From: the human T2T-CHM13v2.0 reference genome, Homo sapiens
NCBI RefSeq assembly: GCF_009914755.1
Contig: NC_060931.1
Strand: one strand, 5' to 3'
Length of the DNA stretch: 64,000 nt
The position numbers and the translations under genes were made by a program. The notes below the pieces were generated by a model that did no database searches, had not been told where the DNA came from, and saw only the letters and a list, made by a program, of their open reading frames with translations. Shown one piece after another: positions 47,643-64,000 of the stretch. Each line of letters opens with the position of its first letter. Within the stretch, counting starts at the first letter, position 1.

Positions 47643-47812
47643 GACCAGGTGTGATGATGTGCACCTGTAGTCCCAGCTACTCAGGAGGCTGAGGCAGGAG
47701 CATCGCTTGAACCCAGGAGTTTGAGGCTACAGTGAGCTATGATGGCACCACTGCACTCCAGCCTGGGTGACAGAGCAAGACCCTGTCTCTAAAAAACAAA
47801 CAAACAAAACAA
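47643..47812 (+). mobile_element. FRAM/FAM-like free Alu monomer
   Basis: Single right-monomer-type body with an A-rich tail. Confidence 0.75.
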
Positions 47813-49309
47813 AGAATTCATCTTTAACTCCAGAGATTAATTTGTACATGTAAATGTTTTATAAAAGTTTACCATAATATCATACACTGGACCAAATGAT
47901 ACCACGTTTACATTCACTTGATCGCATCATTTACCAGAAGTTTACCAGGTTACCACACTCTGGACTCAGGAAATGCCAACTGAGTAGTGGGGAGAACAAG
48001 GAGAAAGAAGTAAAAAGAACGGAAAGGAATAATCTATTTCTTGATCTTTCAGAGCAAAGGTTCAATAGAAACTGCTTGATTTCAAATAGAAACTGTTTGA
48101 TTTCAAGGTAAGTTTAAGTGAAAAACATCAGCTTAAGCACGTAAAGTTATAAATTAGTGGACATTATACATGTAATATCCATTACAAATCACCAAAGAGA
48201 AAAAAGATTTTAAGATCATATGACACATTTTTTTCTTACGCAGTTTTATTCATAATTTTTTTAATGCGAGTTCTAGATATACTCAGAACAGGATAAAAAC
48301 AGGAGAGAAAATTTCCTCATTATCTTGGTAAATAGCATATATTGTGTAACCATAGTGCCATTTCTTCCTTGGACAGGTTTCTGTCATTAACAGAATACAG
48401 TATATGACAGTTTCTTAAGTATGTTAATTTTGAGGTCCAAATGAATAAAATATCCACGTCCAGGGTTAGCACAATTAAAGATGTTCACAGCTTCGTTCGT
48501 TGCTAACTGTGGAAGCATTATGGATCTTATGTCTACCAATTTGATGACTTTTGATAAGTGATACGCCCACATGGCCACCTCCCAGTGAAGATATAGAAGA
48601 TTTCCACCATGTACAGTCGCAAGAGTTTTGTAGCTTACATATTTCTCAAGTCTGTTGACTTCTCTCCATGGCCAACAGAGCACTCTAAGTCTCCATCCTC
48701 TCTCTACCAGCTTCTCTGGTGGCTTACTAGGCATCACCCTAGGAGGGTGATCTTCTCAAAGCCTCATCTGGTCTGGGTACCACGCTATCTATAAAATACA
48801 CTTCCTTCACTTCCTTTGATCTCCAGGTAAAGATGCAAATTCTTTCACAGATAATGATTCTCCATGGTGGCCTGGTTCCAGAGGCCTCTCATCTCACACT
48901 CTTTTACCGCAAGTTCTCTCTACCCCTCCACACAGCTGGCTGTCATTCTGTCCTGCCTGTGTGCCCAGTCCCTGCCACCCCCAGGATATTCCTCTGTGGC
49001 CCGTTGTCCTGGGGACTCTCCCCCTCCTGCAGCCTTTCTTCCTTTCTTCAAGGAAGAAATCGTACTCATCCTCTTGATCCCAGCCCAGCCATCACCTCCT
49101 CGGGCCAGCATCCATTTCCTGGTGTCTGCCCCGAGCAGCTCATATACATTTACCATATTCCGGTAAATGAAGCAGACTTCTAATGAGCAGAATCCTGGTT
49201 CCGTGTTTGCCCAGGCACCTGTCCCGTCACAGGCCAGCAGCCTGGCCCAGATATTACTTCATTGCAGGCAATTATAGACAAGGTAGAAGCACCTGGTTTT
49301 AAGGATGTT

Positions 49310-49505
49310 CTTTTTTTAATTTAACTTTTAAGTTCAGGGGGTACATGTGAAGATTTGTTATACAGGCAAACTTACGTCATGGGGGTCTGTCGTACAGATT
49401 ATTTCATCACCCAGGTATTAAAAATATTAGTTATTTTTGCTGATCCTCTCCCTCCTCCCACCCTCCACCCTCTGATAGGCCCCAGTGTGTGTTGTTCCCT
49501 TCTGT
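49310..49505 (-). mobile_element. L1PA 3' end fragment
   Basis: ttttaagttcagggggtacatgtgaagatttgtta...caccctctgataggccccagtgtgtgttgttcc. Confidence 0.85.
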
Positions 49506-49515
49506 GAGATTATGA

Positions 49516-50308
<793 letters not shown>

Positions 50309-51105
50309 ACAAAATGTGTTTTTAATTCAAAATTGCAGTCAAAAAAAAAAATACTTTACTATAATGGAGAAAATTTGAAAACTCTTCTAAGGGACACGAA
50401 AAGACACTTGAACAAAAGAAAACTTCAGTAGAGAAGCATACCTCATTACCAGATAAGAAAAGACTTTTGTAAAGATGTCAGATCTCTCTAAATTAATTTC
50501 AAAATTCTAGGCAATCACAACAGAAATCCCAGTGAGATTTAGATTAGAATTTGATCAAACAATTCTAAAACTTGTCTGTAAGATTCAATATTTACAGAGT
50601 CAAAATAATTAATGGGGAAGAACTAGCTCTACCTGAGCTTAAATACATCATATATCTACAGGAATTACAACTATAGATGTATCTGTAATTGTCATACTAA
50701 TTCTGGAGAAGAAATAAAAATGTTTATGATTTAGTATTTGTCTCTATACCTCCCTTTGAAATGTAGGAAGCTTCATAAGGAAAGGAGTTTTGTGTCTCTC
50801 TCTCTTTTAACTAATATAGCACAAATTCTTAGAAAAGTGCCTGGCAAAGTATTTGTTGGGTAAATAGATGAACAAAACACAGAATTATATTCTCAGTACG
50901 GAAACAGACAAACATAGATCCTCAGGAATTCTGAATATTGATAAAGTGTATTTCAAATTAGAAAAGAAACAACAGTGATAGTTAAGTGAGGTATGGGTGT
51001 GTTAATTAGCTTGATTTAATCATCCCACGTTGTATTCATATATCAAAACATCACACTGTACCCCATAAATATATAAAATTGATTTGTTATTCAAAAGTAG
51101 TATTA

Positions 51106-51625
<520 letters not shown>

Positions 51626-51734
51626 ATAATAATTATATCTTCAGTATGTACAGAACTTATAAATCAGTGGGGAAAACAACAATAAACAACTAGCAAAGTG
51701 CATAAAATGAGAAATACATTTTCTAAAAAATGTT

Positions 51735-52009
51735 TATTTTTTGAATAGGGTCTGGCTTTTGTCACCCAGGCTGGAGTGCAGTGGTGTAGCCTCAACCTCC
51801 TGGGCCCAAGCGATCCTCCTACCTTAGACTCCTATGTAGCTGGGACTATAGATGCATGCCACCACTCCCTGCAAATTTTTTAAATTTTTTTGTAGACACA
51901 GGGTCTTGCTATGTTGCCCAGGCTGGTCCCAACTTCTGAGCCCAAGGGATCATCCCACATCAGCCTCCCAAAGTGCTGGGATTACAGGTGTGAGCAACTA
52001 TGCCTGACC
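51735..52009 (-). mobile_element. AluJ element
   Basis: Reverse-complement Alu. Confidence 0.85.
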
Positions 52010-52419
52010 TAAAAGGTGTGTAAGATCACGAATAATCAAAGAAACATTATCTAATGCAAAGATGTGAAATTATTCTACCATATTGGCAAAGCTTAAAAAT
52101 ATAGGGAAAATTCAGTGTGAGTGAGAGTATATGAAAACGTACCCTCTCGCCCAGTTGGTTAAATTCTAAATTATACTTCATCATTTCAAGAAGGAAATTG
52201 GACAAGTATCAAAGTTTTAAATGCACATGGGCATACCCTTGGATTCACTAAATCCAATTCTAAGTATTTATCCTAAAATGATAATCAGTCAATTGCATAA
52301 AGACATGTTTATAAGGATGTGGAATAAAGCATTGCTCATATTATGAAAAATGAGAAGTACAAGAAATGTCTATTGATGAGTGACTAAAGTATGGTACATT
52401 CCTATAATGAATACTATTT

Positions 52420-52945
<526 letters not shown>

Positions 52946-53494
52946 TATAATGAATATTATTAATTGACATGAAAAAAGTCTCACTTGTTTAATGACTAAA
53001 GCAGGTTTCAAAATAGTTTGTCCATTATGATAACCATTTATTCAAAGTTGCATCTAAATTGCATGTATATGACCTGGCAGTTTCTTTCTCAGGGATATAA
53101 CCAACAAAAAAAAAGGTGTTGACATGCTCACAAAAGACATGCACTAGAATATTTATAGCAGCACTATCCAGAATAGCCCCAAGCTGGAAACCACACAAAA
53201 GCCCATCAACAATAAAATGGATAAACAAATTATGATATATTTACACAAAGGGAAAGAATATACCACAACAATAGTGAATAAATGACAACCTTCTACAACC
53301 ACATGGATGAACCTCACAAATATAATATTGAGTCAAAGACGACAGATAAGGTAGAAAGCATGCTTCATGATTATATTTTAATAATAAAAAAAACAGGCAA
53401 AAGAAACCTATGTCATTAGAAGTCAGAATACTAGTTAACTTGGGTTGGTGGAAGCAGGTTGGGACTAGAAGCAGATACAATGATAGCATCTGGG

Positions 53495-54115
53495 GTCACA
53501 CCTGTAATCCAAACACTTTGGGAGGCTGAGGCAGGAGGACTGCTTGAGGCCAGGAGTTCGAGAATAACCTGGGCAACACAGCAAGGCCCTGTCTCTACAA
53601 AAATAAAAAATTAGCTGGGAGTGTTGGCATGCACCTGTACTCCCAGCTACTCACTCAGAAGGCTGAGGTGGGAGGATTGCTTCAGCCCAGGAATTTGAGA
53701 CCAGCCTGGGCAACAAAGTGAGCTCCTCTCTCTGCAAAAATAAATTGAAAAATTAACGGTGTGGTGGTGCATGCCTGTGATCCCAGCTACTTGGAAGGCT
53801 GAGACAGGAGGATGGCTTGGGCACAGTATTTCAAGGTTACAGAAGCCTATGATTGCACTGCCACACTCCAGCCTGGATGGCAGAGCAAGACCCTGTCTCT
53901 ACAAATAAAAATAAAAATAAAAATTAGCCAGGTCTCTACAAATAAAAATAAAAATAAAAATTAGCCAGGTTTGGTGGCACACGCCTGTGGTCCCAGCTAT
54001 TCAGGAGGCTGAGGCAAGGGGATCGCTTGAGCCCACGAGTTCCAGGCTGGAAGAAGCTCCGATTGCACCAATGCACTCCAGCCCAGGTGACAGAGCAAGA
54101 CCTTGTCTGTTAAAA
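53495..54115 (+). mobile_element. Four-monomer AluJ-type chain with a 37-bp perfect tandem duplication
   Basis: Four monomers joined by A-rich linkers. 53895-53931 is identical to 53932-53968. Confidence 0.85.
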
Positions 54116-54126
54116 ATATATATATA

Positions 54127-54403
54127 GGCCGGGTCCAGTGGCTCACACCTGTAATAACAACACTTTGGGAGGCCGAGGCGGATGGATCACCAGGCCAGGA
54201 GATTGAGACCATCCTGGCTAGCACAGTAAAACCCCGTCTCTACTAAAAACACAAAAAATTATCTGGGCATGGTGGCAGGCAGCTACTCAGGAGGCTGAGG
54301 CAGAAGAATGGCATGAACCCGGGAGGCAGAGCTTGCAGTGAGCCGAGACTGCGCCACTGCACTCCAGCATGGGCGACAAAGCGAAGACTCCGTCTCAAAA
54401 AAT
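54127..54403 (+). mobile_element. AluY-like element followed by a (TA/TG) microsatellite to ~54510
   Basis: gagaccatcctggcta, ggcatgaacccgggaggcagagcttgcagtg. Confidence 0.88.
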
Positions 54404-55053
54404 ACATATCTGTATCTATATCTATGTGTGTGTATATATATATGTGTATATATGTGTATCTGTATATATATATGTGTGTGTATATATATCTATGTGCGTG
54501 ATATATATATCTAGGATGCTAGTAATGTTCTGTTAACTGTTAACTGAGTGCTGGTAACGTAGATATATTCAGTTTGTGGAAAGCTGTACACTTGTGATTT
54601 GTGCACTTTTTACATATATACACAAAGGGCATACATGCACAGAAAGCACATAAGATGGCAGGAAGGATGTCGGCAGAAATATTAATATTGGTGCCATATA
54701 GAAATGGGATTCTGCACGACTTTGGCTTCTTTTTGTGTGTATCATTCAAATTTTCCCAATTGAGTGTGTGATAAATTTATATACAAGAAAATACAAAGGA
54801 GAAATGAAAATGTCTACTGAACATTCAACTCAAGAAATAAGAAAAATCATCAAAAATGAAAAAGGAGAATGAATAAAGTAACAAAGATATGAGCTACAAA
54901 ACCATCAGATCATACGGAGGTCATCTGAAAGTGATTGATACGCTTTCTCCCAAATGACCATTAAAGAACTCATGAATTTACACAAGACGACAAAGTGAAA
55001 AATGACACTTCAACCATAAGCCAAAGCCAAAGTCCTAGTGAAATTTCTGCTGA

Positions 55054-55923
<870 letters not shown>

Positions 55924-56690
55924 TAATCTCTCCCTTCCATTTCCTCATTCTCTCCTTTCACTCGTAAGAATTACCATAGTTTGCATTTCCTAGAAGTTTA
56001 TAGAAGTAGAACTGTCCTATATGTACTTTTGTTGTCTGGCTTCATCTCAGCATAATTATTCTGAAATTCACCCATGTTGTGTCTAGGAATGGTTTTCTGA
56101 GTCGTATTCCATTGTATGAATACACCACAATTTGTTAATCCACTAACCTATTGATGGACATTTAACATGCTTTCAGTTTCTCACTATCATAAATAAAGCT
56201 GCAATTAGTAGTCATGTTTGAGTCTTTCTATGAATATATGCTTTTATTTATTTTGGTTAAATACCTAGAAATGTAATGTACATCATACAAAAAATGTATG
56301 TGTGTTATTTTTAAAACCACCAAACACCGTTAATACAAAATAGTTGTACCATTTTACATTCCCATCAGTCATGCATGAGAGTTCCAATGACTCTACATTG
56401 TCACCAGAACTTGGTACAGTCATTTTAACTTCAGACATTTTAAAAAGTATGTAATGACATCTCATTGTAGTTCTCATTTACATTTCCCTAATGATCAATG
56501 ATGTTGAATATCTTCTCAGATGCTTATTTGCCATCTGTATATCTTTTTTGCTGTATATATTTTACCTATTTTTTATCTTGTGCTCATGTCTTTTACCCAT
56601 CTTTAAATTGGTAGTCTGTTTCCTTATTATTAAATTTCAAAAGCTCTTCATATGCTTTAGATATAAGTCCTTTATAAGACATGTGATTGA

Positions 56691-57394
<704 letters not shown>

Positions 57395-57580
57395 TTATTA
57401 ATAATGCTTTTGGTGTCCTATTTTTAAAAATTTGCCTAACCTAGGGTTGCAAAGGTTTTCTTCTGTATTTCCTTCCAGAATTTTTATGATATCATGCTTT
57501 ACATTTAAGTCTGTGATCCATTTTGAATTAAGTTTTGTGAGATCTAAGGATTGAAGTATGTATGTTTGCATGTATGCATA

Positions 57581-57949
57581 TGATATGCTCAGGCTGTGTC
57601 CCTACCCAAATCTCATCTTGAATTGTAGTGCCCTTAATCCCCTAAACATGTTGTGGAAGAGACCAGGTGGGAGGTAATTAAATCATGGGAGCACTTACCC
57701 TCATGCTGTTCCCATGATAGTGAGTTCTCATGAGATCTGATGGTTTTATAAAAGGATTTTCCCCCTTTTGCTTGGCACTTCTCCTTCCTGCCATCATGTG
57801 AAGAAGGACGTGTTTGCTTCCCCTTCCACAGTGATTGTTTCCTGAGGCCTCCCCAGACATGTGGAACTGTGAGTCAGTTAACCTCTTTACTTTATAAATT
57901 ACCCAGTCTTGGGCAGTTCTTTATAGCAGCATAAGAATGGACTAATGTA
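57581..57949 (+). mobile_element. THE1D/MSTA-like solo LTR
   Basis: tgatatgctcaggctgtgtccctacccaaatctc...gcagcataagaatggactaatgta. Confidence 0.9.
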
Positions 57950-59661
57950 GCATGTATGTATGCATGTATGTGTTATGTATTATGCATGCATGTATTCCAT
58001 ATGGATAACTAATAGTTTCACCAGGTTTCACTGATAAAACTATGCTTTCTCCACTGAATTGCCTTTGCATCTTAGTCCAGGAATCAATTCAGTAGTCTTC
58101 CATTTCTGGGTAAGATAAAGTAAGCATGTTCCACCCTTGCTCTCCCCATGAATGCAGTGATAAAATCAGGGCAGAATGCATGGAGCAGCTATTCGAGAAC
58201 TCTGAACATATACACTAACAGGTAGATTGGGAAAGATGAAAATTCACTAAACAACCAAACTGGTACTGAGTTTACCATTTCCTCCTTCTGGCATTTCTGA
58301 GATTGAATTCAATATCGCCTGAAAGTTGAACGTAGGTATTAGCAAAACAGGGAAGGCTCCAGGAGACACCTCTCATTCTGGCTTGATGAAAGGATACATG
58401 GTTTCCTAATACTCAGAATGTGAAAATCCCCTATGATTATTTCTTTCTTTTCCTTTTCTCTATCATCTTGCACCTCAGCCCCCAAATAATTCATAACAGC
58501 AGAAGCAGTCATGGTGGTGGGGACAGTAGGAACCTCAAACTCTGAGGAAGGAGAGCCTTACTCTCCAGTAAGATAATATGTGGTCCCAAATGGATGGGAA
58601 AAACTTCTGTTGCTTTTTCTGTGTTTCTGCCCTCTGTCTGCTTGGCCCCAACACAACTGTAGTTGCAGAAAGCATGCAGCAGATTGGGGTTAACTAAAGC
58701 TGCAACTTTCTAGCTGGAGAGCCAACAAAGGGAGTACCAAGAAAATGGAAAGTACTGATAAGATCATGGATAGGGAAAAGTTTGCTAAAGTAACTACTTT
58801 GAGTTGTTTATAAATATTTGGGCTCAATTTCATGAGTATATTGATTCAATCCTAATCAATCTATAAACTTTGAGAACTGAACAATGGAGTAGACAATAGC
58901 TTTGGTGCCAAACTAGTCACTGGCGTCACACACAGGGGACAGATCTGAATAGCAATGCAAAAGCTTTGGAAATTAACTGAAATTGGAACCATAACCAACA
59001 TAAAATTGGTCAGAACTTGAGGCCTGGATCCAACCAGACTGATCGCCTACTAAAATAAAACCAAAAAAATTCTACATTATCCATGACCCTGAATCACGTA
59101 ACAAAATACTCAAAATGTCAAGGATACAACTCTAAATTCCCAAAATACAATGAACCAAGAAAATCCAAATATGTTTGGGTGAAGGTAACCAACACATGGG
59201 ATGCCAAAATGACATGGATGTTGGAATTATCTGGCAAATTATCTGGCAAAAAGGTAGCTACCATAAAATGCTCCAAAAAGCAATGGAGAACACTTTTGAA
59301 AAGAACAGGAAAACAGAAAGTCTCAGCAAAGAAGTAGAAGATACGAAGAATGACCATGTGGAAATTTTAGAACTTAAAAATACAATAACCAAAATTTAAA
59401 AAACACACTTAACCAGCTTTGCATGACATAACCGAAGAAAGAGCCAGAGAATGTGAACATAGACCTATACAAATCACGCAATCTGAACAACACAGGAAAA
59501 AAAGAAAGTTTGGGAAAAAATGTGCACAGAGCCTCAGGGGCCTGTGGAAAAATTCCAATACTATTTGTGTAATTACAGTCCCAAAGGACAGAAAAAACAT
59601 ATGATGCAGAAAAAATATTTTAAGACATAATGGCTGAAAACTTTTCAAATTTTGCAAAATG

Positions 59662-60027
59662 CAGACAGTCTCCAAATTAAAATGGTCTGACTTAGGATTT
59701 TTTGACTTCAAAATGGTGCAAAATCAATACTCAGTCAATAGAAACCATACTTTCAGTACCCATACAACCATTCTGTTTTTCACTTTCAGGACAGTATTCA
59801 ATAAACTACATGAGATATTCAACACTTTATTATAAAATAGGCTTGTGTTAGGTGATTTTTCCCAACTATAGGCTAATATAAGTTTTCTGAAGATATTTTA
59901 GGTAAACTAGGCTAAGTTATGATGTTTGGTAGGTTAGGTATATTACATGCATTTTCAACCTAAAGATCCTTTCAACTTAAGGTTGGTTTATCAGGATGTA
60001 ACTCCATCATAAGTCAAGAAGCGTCTG
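59662..60027 (-). mobile_element. MER47A/Tigger5-like DNA transposon (366 bp)
   Basis: Terminal cagacagtctcc...aagtcaagaagcgtctg followed by TA. Length fits the recalled consensus. Confidence 0.75.
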
Positions 60028-60529
60028 TATGTAAATCTATGGATTCAGTAAGCTCATAGAATCAGAAACAGAGTAAGTCCCAAGAAACTCACATGAAGAC
60101 ACATCATAAACTGATGAGAATTAAGATAGAAAAACATCTTGAAAGTAAACAGAAAAATGATGCATTGCTTGTAGAAAAGCAATGATTCACAGAACTGTGG
60201 ATTTCTCACGTGGAATCATGAAGGCCAGATGGAAGTGGAAAAATATTTTGAAAGTGCTGAAAGGAAAGAATATTAAACCAAGAACTCTATAACCAGTGGA
60301 AATATCCTTCAGGAATGAAGGTGAAATAAAGACATTCTCACATGCAAGGAAACAAAGAGAATTTCTTGCCAGTGGACCTGCTCTAAAACAATTGCTAAAC
60401 GAGGTTTTTCAGACAGAAGGTGAATGATACAGAAAGGAAACCTGAAACCTTGGGGAATGAAGAAAAACAAAATAAAAGGAAATATCTAGGTGAATTTAAT
60501 AGACTATTCTTCTATTGAAATGTTTAGCA

Positions 60530-60852
60530 GGCTGGGTGCAGTGGCTCACGCCTATAATCCCAGCACTTTGGGAGGCCGAGGCAGACAGATCACCTGAGGT
60601 CAGGAGCTCAATCCCAGCCTGGCCAACAGGGCAAAACCCCGTCTCTACTAAAAATACAAAAGTTAACCGGGTGTGGTGGCGGGCGCCTGTAATCTCAGCT
60701 ATTCAGGAGGCTGAGGAAGGAGAATAGCTTGAACCTGGGGGAGGCAGAGGTTGCAGTGAGCCAAGATTGTGCCACAGCACTCCAGTCTGGGTGACAGAGA
60801 GACACTCTGTCTCCAAAAAAAAAAAAAAAAGGAAAAAAAAGAAAAAAAAAAA
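60530..60852 (+). mobile_element. AluS element
   Basis: Dimer body and poly-A. Confidence 0.92.
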
Positions 60853-61572
60853 CAGAAAACTAGAAATACAAAGGCACTTTCTCAACCTTATAAAGGACAT
60901 CTGCACCAAACTTCAAACAAACTTAGAGCTAGCATCATTTTAATGAAAGATGAATGCTTTACCCCTAAGATCAGGAACAAGGAAATGGTATCCCCTTTCC
61001 AATTATATCCAAAATTGTTCTGGAGATTTAAGCCAGTGCAATAAATTTCCTCATGTATCACCTTCTCCTAAGCATGAGGTTATTTAACGTTTTGTTTGAA
61101 ATTATTACCACATATTTTGCTCAAATGAAAACCTGTAAATAGCTCAACCTCTCAATTTCAATTTTACCTGAATACTACTGGGATCATCTGTAAACACTGT
61201 GATTTTTATACATTCAAGCGCTTTTTACATATAAATATGGATCTAATTTTCCCTGTATGTTAAAAAATCAATAAAAATTAGTTATTTATACTTACAAAAA
61301 CTTAAAAAATATAAAAAAGGCATCCAGATTGGAAAAAAAGATTGTCTTTATTTACAGATGACATGGTAGTTGTATTAATTTGTTATTGCTGCATAAAAAA
61401 TTACCACCATCAGTGGCTTAAACACGCATTGTCTTGTAGTTTGTCTAGGGCAAAAGTCTTGGTGTGGCCCAGCTGGCTCTTTTCTCACGGTCTCAAAAAG
61501 CTGAAATAAAAATGTTCAGTGAGCTCTATTCTCATCTGGAGGCTTGACCAGAAAAAAGAATCTGCTTTCAAT

Positions 61573-62066
61573 GGGGTGGCTCACACCTGTAATTCCAGCA
61601 CTTTGGGAGGCCAAAGCAGGAAGATTGCTTGAGCCCAGGAGTTTGAGAACAGCCTGGGCAACACAGTAAGACCCTGGCTCTGCAAAAAAATAAAACAGAT
61701 TAGTCAAGTGTGGTGGTGCACACCTGTAGTTCCAGCTACTCATGAGGCTGAGGTGGGGAGAATTACTTGAGTTCTGGAGGTCGAGGCTGCAGTGAGCTGT
61801 GACTGCACCACTGTACTCCACCCTGGCAAAACAGCAAAACCCTGCCTCCAGGAAAAAAAAAAAAAAAGAAAAGGAAAAAATAAAAGAATCTGCTTTCAAA
61901 AGCATAATACAAAATTAGGCACATATAAAAATATAGACTTTAAACATTTTGAGACAGTGTCTTGCTATATTGCCCAGGCTGGTCTTGAACTCCTGGCCTC
62001 AAGCAATCCTCCTGCCTTGGCCTCCCAAAGCACTGAGATTACAAGCGTGACTCACTGTGCCTGGTC
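61573..62066. mobile_element. AluJ (+, ~61573-61870) and a FLAM-like monomer (-, ~61947-62066)
   Basis: Alu motifs in opposite orientations. aaaagaatctgctttcaa flanks the AluJ. Confidence 0.85.
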
Positions 62067-62069
62067 TAA

Positions 62070-63560
62070 AATATATAATTTTACTTCTTTTTAAGTATAT
62101 AATTGTTTGTTAGTATATTTACCATGTTGTATAACTATTACAACTATCTGATACTAGAACATTTCCACCACCCCAAACAGAAACCTCATTCTTCCCATTT
62201 TCCCCTTCTCCCCATCCCAAACACTTATCTACATTTCACCTTGATGGGTTTGCCTATTCTAGATATATCTCATAATTAGAATCATACCATATACAGCCTT
62301 CTGTGTCCAGTTTCTTTGCCTAGCATAATGTTTTTAAGGTTTAGCCATATTTGTATTTTATTCCTTTAGTTGGCTAGTTAATATCCACTTTATGGATTAT
62401 ATCATCTTCTGTTTATCCATTCATCAGTTGATGGATATTTGGGTTGTATTCAATTTTTAACTATTGTCAATAATTCTGCTACAAGCATTTATATACAAGT
62501 TTTTGTGTGAACATGTGTTTTCAATTCTTTTGTGTATATATCTAGGAGTGGAACTGCTGGATCCTATGGTAACTCTATGTTTACCCTTTGAGGAATGCCA
62601 AGTTGTTTTCCAAAGTGACATCATTTTACAGTACAATGCAAAAGGTTTACAATGTCTCCGCATCCTTTCTGAAACTTGTTGCTGTTGTTATCACCAACCT
62701 AGTGGGTTTTGATATTATTGTGGTTTTGATTTGTATTTCTCTAATGACAGATGACTGAGCATCTTTCATGTGCTTACTGACTACTTGTGTATCTTCTTTG
62801 GAGAAATATCTACTCTAATTATTTGTCCTTTTTTAATTTAGCTGTTTGTCTTTTTGTTGAATTGTGCAAGTTCTTTATATTCTCTACATTTGACCATTAT
62901 AATGTACTTTACTTGCAAATATTTTATCCCATTCTGTGGGTTATCTTTTCACTTTCTTGATGGTGTCATTTGATTCACATACGTTTTAGATTTTGATGAA
63001 ATCCAATTTATCTATTTCTTATTTTGTTGCTTGGACTTTCTGATTCACATTTAGGAAATTGCTGCCTAACCCAAGTCATGAGATTTACACCTGTTTCCCT
63101 CTAACAATTGCAACTTTAGCTCTGGCATTTGAAGTTAATTTTTGTATATGTTATGAAGTAGGTATCCAACTTTCTGTATGTTTGCATGTGGACATTCAGT
63201 TGTCTCAACATTATTTGTTGAAAAGACTGTTCTTTCCTCCATTGAATGGCCTTGGCACCCTTGTCAAAAATCAATTGACCAAAATGTATATAGGTTTTCT
63301 TTTTGGACTCTCAATTCTATTCCATGGCATATATTTTTATACTTATGCCAGTGCCACACTGTTTTGACTACTGTAGCCTTGTAGTAAGTTTTGAAATCAG
63401 AAAGTGAGTCCTCCAACGTTTTTCTCCTTTTTCAGATTGTCTAGTCATGGTTCCCTGAATTTCCATATGAATATTAAGATTAGCTTGTTTATTTTTGCAC
63501 AAAGGCAGTTAGAATTTTGACAGGAGTTGCATTGAGTCTGCAGGTCAATTTGGGGACTCT
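62070..63560 (-). mobile_element. L1MB/MC-type 3' region
   Basis: tttatccattcatcagttgatgg...ggcttttggcaccc-type and gccagtgccacactgttttgactactgtagc motifs. Confidence 0.82.
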
Positions 63561-63719
63561 TGTCTTTAGCTTTTTTTAAGATATATTTTCCTTCAGCTTT
63601 TTAAACATTTTACACATAGCTGATTAAAGTCTTTGTCTAGTAAGTTCACCATCTGGACTTCCTGAAGGGTAATTTCTGTTGATTGCTTTTTTACTCTTTG
63701 GGTAATATGGGCCACACTT

Positions 63720-63721
<2 letters not shown>

Positions 63722-63769
<48 letters not shown>
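63722..63769. repeat. (GT)24 microsatellite
   Basis: Perfect run. Confidence 0.96.
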
Positions 63770-63773
<4 letters not shown>

Positions 63774-64000
63774 ATGTATTATAATTTTTTATTGAATGCT
63801 GAACATTTTTTTGACTATTATAAAGGAATAATTATGGAAATTAGATCGCCCTTGCTTAGGGGTTTGTTGTTGATGCTTATTTTAGTTATTGTTTGTTTGT
63901 TTAGCAACTTCTCTGAACTAATTTTGTAAAGTCTGTATTATTTGTCGTATGTGGGCATTGACAACTTTGTTCAGTTAGCTTAGTGGTCAGCTAATGAGTG

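Larger units (their letters stand above)
58090..61370 (+). mobile_element. Old L1M 5'/ORF1/ORF2 remnants
   Basis: tctcagcaaagaagtagaagat, ggaaattttagaacttaaaaatacaataacc, aaatatccttcaggaatgaaggtgaaataaagacattctca. Confidence 0.75.

Overview
Primate, almost certainly human, genomic DNA. It is very Alu-dense (about 50 Alu copies or fragments) and also carries L1, MIR/L2, MaLR/ERV1 LTRs and DNA-transposon relics. I can support no protein-coding exon: the supplied ORFs are Alu-, L1-, microsatellite- or GC-composition artefacts. The one clear gene-related structure is a ~2.1 kb CpG island (~21.9-24.05 kb). It holds two consensus minus-strand splice donors (introns starting at 22983 and 23861), which suggests two alternative non-coding first exons of a large minus-strand gene. 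On that reading bases 1-22983 are intron 1 and 24-64 kb is repeat-filled upstream or intergenic DNA. I cannot name the gene. I found no new biological system. The most unusual signals are local copying and rearrangement scars: a two-template patch copied from 5 kb away into an L1, a fold-back L1 palindrome in an Alu tail, an L1 with an apparent 3' transduction, a possible retrocopied 3'UTR fragment, Alu pairs sharing private variants, tandem Alu monomer arrays, and two MADE1 (miR-548-type) hairpins, one split by an Alu. Repeat subfamily names come from recalled consensus sequences, and boundaries are approximate.
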